IMG/VR virus record: IMGVR_UViG_3300021399_000004
Span: 64,001-128,000 of that record
Length of the DNA stretch: 64,000 bases
Source: a virus
Reading direction: 5' to 3' (one strand)
Shown: one piece after another, positions 56,041-64,000 of the stretch
How positions within the stretch are numbered: the first letter of the stretch is position 1
Layout: the number at the start of each line of letters is the position of its first letter
Program-made: the position numbers and the translations under genes
Notes under the pieces: generated by a model
What the model was told of the DNA's origin: nothing
Databases searched by the model: none
Seen by the model: the letters and a program-made list of their open reading frames with translations, nothing else

Positions 56041-56069
56041 CCCCTATTTTACATCTAAAAATGCATTAG

Positions 56070-56089
56070 TTAGATGTTGAAACATCTAA
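56070..56089. repeat. 20-bp palindrome, copy 34/38
   Basis: Arms exact, centre TGAA. Confidence 0.95.
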
Positions 56090-56428
56090 TTACTGTTTAA
56101 GGATTTAACTAATATTTAAACATCTAACTAATATTTAAACATTTAAGAATAAAATTCATCGCTGGAAGAGTTGATTAAAAACTGTAAAATAAAGTCAAGC
56201 GCGCAAAAATTATAATAGTTAAGTTCGTCAAATAAGGTCTTAATTTCACTTATTATGGCACAGATTTTAAAATAGAATGCGATGGCTACTGGTAGATAGG
56301 TGTAATAAAAAGATTTCCTTGATAATATATTTTTCTAACTGTGGGTGCTATCTTGGAAATGATATTATATTATAGTTTACAATTATTGTTAATTGAGTTT
56401 TGGGAAAATTAAATATGTTAAGATTAGA

Positions 56429-56448
56429 TTAGATGTCTAAACATCTAA
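56429..56448. repeat. 20-bp palindrome, copy 35/38
   Basis: Arms exact, centre CTAA. Confidence 0.95.
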
Positions 56449-56690
56449 CATGAAATAGTTAAATGTTGTAAAATTTTATATTAGTTGAGGGGGAAATGAA
56501 TGATATTTAAAATTAATAAAATATTATATAGATATGGGAATTGATTATTTGAAAATTTTTATTCCAAATAAAATAGCATTGAAAATGAAATATGCCCAGC
56601 TCGCATATAATTATAAAAATAATATTTTTTCTTCGGTCGATGCAAGCAGTTGGCGATAACAAAATATAATAATAAATGATAATAATAATT

Positions 56691-56719
56691 ATTATACCAC
56701 ATTTTGGGATAAAAGTCAA
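56691..56719 (-). promoter_or_regulatory. SigA-type promoter without a downstream gene
   Basis: TTGACT-17-TATAAT. Confidence 0.55.
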
Positions 56720-56727
56720 GAGACTAA

Positions 56728-56747
56728 TTAGATGTTAAAACATCTAA
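56728..56747. repeat. 20-bp palindrome, copy 36/38
   Basis: Arms exact, centre TAAA. Confidence 0.95.
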
Positions 56748-56926
56748 CTTGAAAATGAAATTGTAGGATTTTAAATTAGGAATTTTTATAATTTTATTTG
56801 AATAATAATTTAAAATAAAATTATGTTATTTTGCCAGCTCGCATTATTATGTTTATAGGAAAACATTCTTCGTTAATAATATTAAGTATCTGATATGAAA
56901 AGAAAATAAAATTAAAGATATTATTT

Positions 56927-56955
56927 ATTATACCACGTTTCAGGAAAAAAGTCAA
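56927..56955 (-). promoter_or_regulatory. SigA-type promoter without a downstream gene
   Basis: TTGACT-17-TATAAT. Confidence 0.55.
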
Positions 56956-56963
56956 GTCTTAAA

Positions 56964-56983
56964 TTAGATGTTTAAACATCTAA
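56964..56983. repeat. 20-bp palindrome, copy 37/38
   Basis: Arms exact, centre TTAA. Confidence 0.95.
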
Positions 56984-57182
56984 CTTGGAAATGAAATAAG
57001 ACTGTTATGGGAGAAAATTTTTTATATATTCAACTTATATATTTTGTCTATTTAAAAATAAAATAATAATGTAATTAAAATAATACGAGCTTCAGCTTGC
57101 ATATCATTTCGGGTTTTACTCTTGCTTTCGTGGATCAATGATAACATTTGAAAACTAAATTGAAATCAAAAAGTAATTATCT

Positions 57183-57211
57183 ATTATACCATATTTTGGG
57201 AAAAAAGTCAA
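57183..57211 (-). promoter_or_regulatory. SigA-type promoter without a downstream gene
   Basis: TTGACT-17-TATAAT. Confidence 0.55.
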
Positions 57212-57219
57212 CCTTAAAA

Positions 57220-57239
57220 TTAGATGTTCAAACATCTAA
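57220..57239. repeat. 20-bp palindrome, copy 38/38
   Basis: Arms exact, centre TCAA. Confidence 0.95.
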
Positions 57240-58145
57240 CTTCAAAATGAAATAACATCTAACTAAATATTTAAACATCTAACTAGACATATAAATATTA
57301 AAATAATTTAAAACTGCTTTAAGAATTTTAGGATTATGGCAAATGAAAAGAACATTCCAAAATAAAATAGTGATTGAAATGAAATTAACATTTAATATTT
57401 GGGATTTTTATTATTTAATTTTATCTAAGAGAAAAAATAGTGCTAGAAAATAAAATTATATTAAATTTTTAGAGTAAAAATTATTTCAAAGACATCTAAC
57501 AAGGCAGATGTATTATGGGATCTATAGTTGTAATATTTTGTTATATAAAAATATTACAATTAAATTTCAAATTGATAGAATTTAAAGAGTGCTTTCAGTT
57601 TTATTTTTAAAATATAATTATGGGTTTTGGTCTGTTTAAAAATATATTAATAAAAATAAAATAAAATGAAATGAAATTAAATCATGATTAATTAAAGTTG
57701 TATACTATTTAATTTATTATATAGAATTTATACTTCATTTTAAATTTAGAAGTTTTAGGACTACTATTATAAAATAAAATGAATAGAAAAAATAAATAAA
57801 ACAAAACGAAATTAGAATTAATTTTAAAATACTAATTTACATTATAATATTGGGATTTAAAAGATAGCATATTAGTTATAATTTTTAAATATTTTATAAA
57901 ATGAAATTGTAAAAATTTAGTTTTGGGTTTTTTCTTTTTCTTTTTTTAATTCTAAAAAATATTTAAAAATAAAAATGAAATTATAGGATTAAGCAAAAGG
58001 TTTAAAATAATTATTTTTTTATAGTTTTTAAAAATGAAATTGTGTTTTGGGATTTAGCATTTTTTTTATAATCTTAATAAAAATAATAAAAATAAAATAA
58101 AATTACTTTACTATGTTTTGATTTAACTATACATTATTTTACTGT

Positions 58146-58515
58146 ATATTATATATACACATATATGTATATACATATGTATATATGTATATATGTATAT
58201 ATGTATATGTATATGTATATATGTATTATATGTATATATGTATGTATATATGTATACATATATGTGTATATGTGTATATATATGTATATGTATATATGTA
58301 TATGTATATATGTATATATGTATGCATGCATTATATGTATATGTATATGTATATGTATATATAGACTTGTATAAATATATGTATATACATATAAATATAT
58401 TTGTACATACATGTATATATAAGTATATTTAATTATATGTATATATTTATGTATACTTACATCTAACTATGTATAAATGCATAAAAAGATCTATATGTAT
58501 ATATGTATAAATATA
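58146..58515. repeat. Degenerate (TATATGTA/TATACA)n microsatellite-like array
   Basis: Almost pure TA/TG alternation. The track ORFs here are low-complexity artefacts. Confidence 0.85.
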
Positions 58516-58588
58516 AATAATTATCAATATTTTTATTTATTTATATGTAAGGAATGAATAAATATATTAATAATCATAAACAATATAC

Positions 58589-58625
<37 letters not shown>

Positions 58626-59157
58626 TCTTTTATTGTAAAATCTATCATTATTATAAAGCGACAAATATTATAATGTTTATTATAAATATTAATATTACTT
58701 ATTATATTTTGATTATTTAATTTATTTTAATTAGCAGCTGCGAAAATTTTATTAATAATATATTATTATCGCTGATCTATTTATCTCTTGTTCATTAATA
58801 TATTATAATAACTCACGTGCCTGACACTGGCTATGTATAAAGTTAAGAAACTTTTCCATAAAGGCGCCCTTCCTACATAGTTCTTTGAAGAAGAAGAAGA
58901 TGAATAACTAAATAATCTTAACATCTAAAAAGATACATCTAAAAATTCTGAGTTTGTTTAGCTCTTTTATTTATAAACATAAAGTAGCTTGCTCTTTTGG
59001 ATATAAATGTAATGTGGCTTATCGGTTATTGTTAGATGTGTTAAAAATTATATGATGGTTATTTTTCAGCTCGTTTTTAGATCATTTTTTATTGCGACTT
59101 TATTCAACTGTATATGCACACATCTAAATAATGAGTTAGAAGAACCATACAAAAAGT

Positions 59158-59181
59158 CCCTCTGCCCGGCGGGGCAGAGGG
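59158..59181 (-). terminator. Rho-independent terminator of the GC-rich operon
   Basis: Stem CCCTCTGCCC / GGGCAGAGGG, followed by ACTTTTTG on the - strand. Confidence 0.7.
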
Positions 59182-59196
59182 TGGAAGGGAAGGGGC

Positions 59197-59400
59197 TCAC
59201 CCCTTCCTGCAGCAGAAGTGAGTGGTCACGGGGTAGAGCCGCATGATATGCTTAACGATTTCGTAGGTGCCGCGGTAGGACGTCTCGTCATTGACTTCCC
59301 ACTCTTCACCGGTTTCAACGACGCGGAGGCGGTAACCGAGGCAGAGGTAGTTGGTGGCAGTGGCATAGTCGCCATGGGAAATCTTGAATTCCTTCATCAT
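59197..59400 (-). CDS. Hypothetical protein, 67 aa
   Basis: SD GAAAGGAAGG before ATG ATG (MMKEFK), in frame with track ORF 59197..59616. Confidence 0.75.
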   Translation of the reverse strand: MMKEFKISHGDYATATNYLCLGYRLRVVETGEEWEVNDETSYRGTYEIVKHIMRLYPVTTHFCCRKG

Positions 59401-59434
59401 TGTATGTACCTTCCTTTCATTTGATGGGTCGGGC

Positions 59435-59457
59435 GGGGAGGGGGTGTGCCCCTCCCC
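59435..59457 (-). other. GC-rich stem-loop between genes, GGGGAGGGG-N5-CCCCTCCCC
   Basis: One of a family of near-identical hairpins. No U tract. Confidence 0.7.
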
Positions 59458-59464
59458 GTTCGTC

Positions 59465-59683
59465 TTACCACAACCACTGGCGGATTTCCTGCATGATGCC
59501 GCGGTTCCAGTTGCGGCGGTCTTCGAAGTAGAACCCGCGCGCCTCGGGGTAGTGTTCGCGCGCCTTGCTGTACTTGCGCTCCTTCCACAGGTCAAGTTCG
59601 TCTTCGTCGAGGTCAAGGTTCAAGGTGTAGCGGTCGATCTCGATCTCGTCGCCGCACTCGTCAATCATAATCAGTACCATCAT
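59465..59683 (-). CDS. Acidic protein, 72 aa
   Basis: Track ORF. SD AAAGGAGGA. Confidence 0.8.
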   Translation of the reverse strand: MMVLIMIDECGDEIEIDRYTLNLDLDEDELDLWKERKYSKAREHYPEARGFYFEDRRNWNRGIMQEIRQWLW

Positions 59684-59712
59684 TTTTGTATCCTCCTTTT
59701 TTGTGGTGGGGA

Positions 59713-59734
59713 GGGGAGGGCTTGCGCCCTCCCC
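59713..59734 (-). other. GC-rich stem-loop between genes, GGGGAGGGC-TTGC-GCCCTCCCC
   Basis: Hairpin family member. Confidence 0.7.
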
Positions 59735-59743
59735 CGAGGGGCT

Positions 59744-60055
59744 TTACTCGGCTTTGGTCTCGTACCAGTAATCGTCGTTGGTGTTCCAGGCGTGGAACTT
59801 GTGCAACCACTCATTGTTCCAGAACTTGATCACGTCCTTGTAGTTCCAGTAACCGCGGTACCACGCATACAGGTGGGTGGTGTAGGTGAAGGAAACGGTG
59901 GCGGTGTAACCGGTGCTGTCCTTCGCGTCGCCCTCGAAGCGGAGGGTCAGCGGGCGGCGGTCGGTGTAGAAGAAGGAGCAAGCGGTGGCGAGCCAGCGGA
60001 GCATGTTGATCAGGTCGGTGTAGCAGGGGGCATGGACGGTGATGGTGCACTTCAT
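59744..60055 (-). CDS. Hypothetical protein, 103 aa (paralog of 55654..55965)
   Basis: Track ORF. SD GAAAGGAG. Confidence 0.8.
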   Translation of the reverse strand: MKCTITVHAPCYTDLINMLRWLATACSFFYTDRRPLTLRFEGDAKDSTGYTATVSFTYTTHLYAWYRGYWNYKDVIKFWNNEWLHKFHAWNTNDDYWYETKAE

Positions 60056-60096
60056 GGTGTTTTCTCCTTTCGTGGTTGAAGAGATTTGAGGTGGGT

Positions 60097-60118
60097 GGGG
60101 AGGGCTCGCGCCCTCCCC
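60097..60118 (-). other. GC-rich stem-loop between genes, GGGGAGGGC-TCGC-GCCCTCCCC
   Basis: Hairpin family member. Confidence 0.7.
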
Positions 60119-60125
60119 GTGGGAA

Positions 60126-60782
60126 TTACCCCAGCAGGTTGTACGGGTTCTCAGCGATCCAGCGGGTCTTGGCCGGGGCCTTGGGGTTGAGCCAGTTCTG
60201 AATGGACATCGTGGTGGTGCCCTTGCTGCTCACCTTGAAGGTGTCCGTGCGGAACCAGTAGAGGGGGTCGCCCTTGGCCCGAGGGAACTCGGCGAGCCAG
60301 TCCATCCAGTCGCACCAGCGGGCGAGGACGAACACATCGTTGGCGGGGTTGAACACGACCAGCAGGGACGTCCGGGCGGCGAAGTTGTTGACGAGCGCCT
60401 CCGGGGAAGGCAGGACCCCGTGATAGGTCAACCACGTCCCGCCGCCGCTCTTGCACTCGACCGGACGACCTTCCCAGTACAGGTCGGTCTTGCCCTGCGA
60501 GCGGGGGAACAGGTCGCCCCAGTGGCAGGTGGTGGCCTTGCGCCAGTACAGGCGCAGCATCGCCTCGGCCGTCTTGCCGCCCCGGCCCCAGTCCGCGGTG
60601 TTCCACAGACCGCTGACCCAATTGATGGCGGGCATCCACAGGTCGCGGGGCACGATGGTCTTGTTGAAGTCGAGGCCCTGTTCGGCCAGCCACTCCCACG
60701 CCTTGCCACCGCACAGGTCGGCGGGCAGGGTGGACTGCAGAGTGGCGAGAATCTCGGGGGTCAGGCGGGTGATCATGGACAT
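60126..60782 (-). CDS. Hypothetical Trp-rich protein, 218 aa
   Basis: SD AAAGGAGG before the internal ATG (MSMITRL) of track ORF 60126..60974. Upstream there is an extended -10, TGCTATACT. Confidence 0.8.
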   Translation of the reverse strand: MSMITRLTPEILATLQSTLPADLCGGKAWEWLAEQGLDFNKTIVPRDLWMPAINWVSGLWNTADWGRGGKTAEAMLRLYWRKATTCHWGDLFPRSQGKTDLYWEGRPVECKSGGGTWLTYHGVLPSPEALVNNFAARTSLLVVFNPANDVFVLARWCDWMDWLAEFPRAKGDPLYWFRTDTFKVSSKGTTTMSIQNWLNPKAPAKTRWIAENPYNLLG

Positions 60783-61076
60783 GGAATAGCCTCCTTTTTC
60801 GGTCGTCCTGCCGGTTTTCCTAATTCCGGCAGGGGGGGTGGGGGATGTCCGGGAGGCGGTGGGGCTTGCCTGCCCTGCCGTTTTCCCTCCCGGCAACCAT
60901 AGTATAGCACACCGCCCCCAAATCCCGGTTTTTTCTTTTTTCCCAGCCGGGGGTATGGATTTGGGAGGCATCACCCCCGGAAAACGGTTCTCGCGCGCAC
61001 CTGCACTTTTTCCACCAACTTTTTATTTTCACAACTTTTATTCCAAAACTTTTATTTCAACAAACACCTCAAAGAC

Positions 61077-61106
61077 TTGACATCCCTAATCCCCACGTGC
61101 TATAAT
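61077..61106 (+). promoter_or_regulatory. SigA-type promoter with extended -10
   Basis: TTGACA-18-(TGC)TATAAT. Confidence 0.65.
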
Positions 61107-61132
61107 ATAAATATCAGGAGGTGTTAACATGT

Positions 61133-62428
61133 ATGAAAAAACCCTATTCATTGGACTTTAGCATAGAACGTGATATCGACCGCGTAACCGCCGTGGCTGA
61201 CATCCTTGACCAATTACCAAAAACGCCATCCGATACCGAACTCGAACAGATGGCTTCCTATATTCTTTGGGGCAAAGACGAAGACGGCTATAATGCCGTC
61301 CAACGGGGAGAAGTTACAAACGGTAATACCCGCTTCTCAAGCTACCGCCGCAAAGACGACAAACTTCTCTCCCTTGACGAAATCGTTGATAACCCACTTT
61401 CCGACCAACAAGCTCTCGCTTCTCCTCACGTCCGCACCGTTTATACCAATAAAAAACCCCAAATTGTGCGGCCGCACCGTGGCAAGGGCGGGGTATGGGA
61501 TCCAGGAGATAGCGAAATTCCTGGCATGACAGAACTTTGGGAACGTATAGACCGCCTTGATCATTAGCTTGCCGTCCTCGAAGGAAAAGTTCCCCCAGAT
61601 GAAACCGTCCAAGTTTGGTTGGATAGTTACCGCATTTACCAACTTAAACATATTTTAATTGACTTACGGCGTCACCAATACTATCTTAAAGATAGCTACA
61701 AGCCAACCCTTCATTTCCTCAATATCGACCACCCAAAACCCCAATTTGTTGATTGGGACTCGGATTCCTTTTACTGGATTCCATACGAAGAATGGTCCGC
61801 GCGCGTAACCTCTTCCCTCCTCCCTATCTCCCAAAACCTAGAAGATTATGAAACAAAAGATTGCGGCGGGAAAATTTTTGTTAAATGGATTGTATCTCGT
61901 CACCACTTTAATTGGGAAGATCCACTTCATGTGCGCGCGCTCATCAACAACTACGATGCGCTTTACGATTAGCTTTACGAAAAGCTAGACACAAGCGGCC
62001 GCACCCTTATCTTTGACTTTGAACGCTACCGTGAAATGGCACATTTTAGCGAAATTCGCAATTATTTGCTTGACCTAAAAATCGCCCGCTATTCTTACGC
62101 CACCATCTCCCAAATGCTTTTATCTACCTACGGCCTTTACTATAATGAAAATCACCTAAGTACAATTTTTGCCAAAGAAATCCCTCAACAATTGGCAGAC
62201 ACGGCAAAGAAACACCGCCTTATCTTGGAAACACCGCCAGATCAACTAAAAACATGTTTCCGTTGCGGCCGTGCCTTACCCCGTGACCCATTATTCTTTA
62301 CACGTAACCGCAGCCGCAAAGATAAATTTTCCTCCAATTGTAAAGAATGTGAGCGATTGAGGCGTATAAAAGGAGGTTAGCCGCAACATGACAGAAGAAG
62401 TAAAGAAGCGACTTTGCATTCGTTGTAA
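61133..62428 (+). CDS. Hypothetical protein, about 431 aa, with HTH-like and C-terminal zinc-finger segments (possible transcription factor)
   Basis: Three same-frame track ORFs are joined across TAG 61565 and 61970. TAG 62378 looks like a natural end, but the first TAA is at 62426-62428. Confidence 0.7.
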
Positions 62429-63335
62429 GCAAGAACGCGACCCTAGTCAATTTTAGTATACGCCTTCTCCATTCTTCCCTCGTCATCGCTCTTTAATTTG
62501 CACGCCTTGCTTAGAAGCAATGGTTAAACCAGATAACTTCAATTAGGTTGACGCACTTTGCCGCTATTTAGACCTGCCCTTCGATTTAAACAAATGGACT
62601 GCATTGTATGCTACCCATAAGGAGCATACACTTACCGCCTATTTTAATACAATTCTTGATACCCACTATCAAGCATTAAGTTGGGAAGATGAGAATGAAC
62701 GGTGGAAGCTCGCCAAGGAAGAAGGCACCATTGATGATGAAATTAAAGCAATTAGTGAAGCAAAAATGCGGCAACTCAAGAAAACATGGTCTGCCGCCTA
62801 CACTCCAGAAGAACTTATATTCCTTGATACCTTCTATAACCAAATTATAACAACCCAAAATGTTTCTACTCCAATTTTATAGCATTACGCGCGCGACCTT
62901 TGCGAAATTGAGTTAAGAATTAAAAAGGGCTTGCGCGAAGGCGTAGATGTAAAGAAAGACATGGATGCCCGCGACAACATTATTAAAATTGCCCACTTCG
63001 AGGCAAGTAATGCTAAAAACGCGGCTGACTTTGAATCTGTCGGAGAGCTAATGGTTTATTATGGAAAGAAGGGGTGGCATCCGCAATGGCATACCGAGCC
63101 TAAAGACTCTATTGACTTTATGATGGAAAACATTCAAAATTATTTGAAGAGACTGGCTATAAATGAAGGAAACTTTGCTGAACAAGTAGAAGATAAAAAA
63201 TAGAGATATAATATGACGGAGCGCTTAGAGGCTATTGAAAATGAGCAAGTTGAATTTGATGAAAGCGCAGGCATTACATATGAAGGGGAAGATGAATTTG
63301 CAGCAGAATTAACAGGAGGCACTGCCGATGGATAA
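62388..63335 (+). CDS. Hypothetical protein, 315 aa (small terminase subunit by position only)
   Basis: SD AAAGGAGG. Same-frame ORFs 62604.. and 62931..63203 plus a 40-codon extension are joined across TAG 62454, 62544, 62880 and 63201. TAA overlaps the terL ATG. Confidence 0.65.
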
Positions 63336-64000
63336 TTCAGTACAAGAAACTATCCCAATTGAAAAAGGTGTCGTCCTTAGTAAAGAATTTTTGGATAAAA
63401 ACGAAAAACTTTTCACTAAATATTTAAACTATTGGCTTTTATATCCAGACGCCTTCTTAGACGCAATTCAAAAAAAGGATGATGCAAAAAATTTTCACCT
63501 ACTTCCATATTAGCGTATAGCTTTGCGCGCGTCCCTACGTTACAGATACCACTATTGGACTGCAACGCGCGCGGCATCTAAATCTTTTACCGCATATTTA
63601 GCAAGCTACGTCCGAGCAACTCTATTACCAAATTCTACTATAATGATTGCCTCTGATACGAAAGGCACCGTTATCAAAATTGCGCAAGCAAAATTTGAGG
63701 AGATTTTTACACATTGGCCGCTATTACGTAACGAACTCACTACTAGGGTAGATGATGGAAAAACAGGACAAAAAACCAGCGGCAACTACTATGAGCTATA
63801 TTTAAAAAATGGTTCTATGATTTCTGTCGTTTCTAAGGATACAAGCCGTGGTTTGCGCGCGAACGCCGCAATTCTTGAAGAGGCCGCTCAAATTTCCGAA
63901 GAAGCATATACAGAAGTTCTTTTGCCGCAAATGAACGTAAAAAGAAGAGAAGTAGATGGCACATTAAATTAGGAAGAGCCATCTAGCCCTCAAATTTTTA
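63328..64000 (+). CDS. terL: Terminase large subunit, N-terminal part (continues beyond window)
   Basis: LLPY[TAG]RIAL..TATRAASKSF (Walker A-like)..RGLRANAAILEEAA (Walker B-like). TAG at 63511 and 63970 are in frame. Confidence 0.75.

Noticed and set aside
56513-56719. A 68-aa - strand ORF in the AT-rich island.
   Set aside because: It starts inside the promoter -35/-10 region. It consists of Ile/Tyr/Phe runs produced by AT-rich DNA. The short MRAG.. peptides downstream of the orphan promoters also lack an SD.
38135-57239. A regularly recurring 20-bp repeat could be read as a CRISPR array.
   Set aside because: The 'spacers' are 200-1100 bp and contain promoters, SDs, ORFs and terminators. 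The repeat is a perfect palindrome. No cas genes or leader are present.
38135-57239. An integron, MITE or IS interpretation of the cassettes.
   Set aside because: No integrase, transposase, target-site duplications or terminal inverted repeats were found in the window. Unlike integron cassettes, each cassette carries its own promoter. The idea is kept only as an analogy in the findings.
58149-58432. Track ORFs 58149..58412 (-), 58165..58374 (+) and 58193..58432 (+), encoding YIYIHIY / MYICICI-type peptides.
   Set aside because: They are translations of a TA/TG microsatellite. They are open in several frames on both strands and have no SD or start context.
59384-60902. Long + strand ORFs 59384..60079 and 60420..60902, plus alternative - frames 60151..60714, 60428..60709, 59811..60050 and 59397..59588.
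   Set aside because: Open frames are expected by chance in very GC-rich DNA. They are antisense or out of frame relative to - strand genes that have SDs, paralogs and stop-linked hairpins. Their products are low-complexity Arg/Pro/Gly/Ala.

Overview
The window is a contiguous piece of a large (>64 kb) tailed-phage genome. Host signals look Gram-positive/Firmicutes-like: AGGAGG Shine-Dalgarno sites, TTGACA-17-TATAAT promoters, and a lysin with SpoIID, NlpC/P60 and PG_binding_1 regions. TAG is read as a sense codon, probably Gln (code-15-like). Most six-frame track ORFs in 1-24.4 kb, 36.4-37.8 kb and 61.1-64 kb are same-frame fragments of much longer genes split only by TAG. Real gene ends are TAA or TGA. 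Layout: (1) 1-24.4 kb, + strand: end of the late module, with tail-fibre genes including one 2109-codon gene, and the lysin. (2) 24.4-35.7 kb, - strand: about 40 small genes (zinc ribbons, DUF551-like, HTH, dCMP deaminase, HAD phosphatase, Rep-like wHTH next to four iterons), some with in-frame TAG. (3) 35.7-38.1 kb: a structured, repeat-rich intergenic region plus a + strand SF2 helicase with 8 TAG codons. (4) 38.1-56.1 kb: visibly more GC-rich and free of in-frame TAG. It holds about 40 tiny genes, almost every one in its own cassette: terminator hairpin, invariant 20-bp palindrome TTAGATGT-N4-ACATCTAA (38 copies), SigA-type promoter, covarying 5' stem-loop, SD, ORF. (5) 56.1-59.15 kb: an extremely AT-rich non-coding island made of ORF-less and decayed cassette scaffolds plus microsatellites. 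(6) 59.2-60.8 kb: a very GC-rich 4-gene - strand operon with near-identical stem-loops between genes. (7) 61.1-64 kb, + strand: start of the packaging module including terL, again TAG-recoded. No tRNA, rRNA, CRISPR array, integrase or transposase was recognised. All coordinates and motif calls come from reading the sequence by eye. Functional names rest on remembered family motifs and are tentative.
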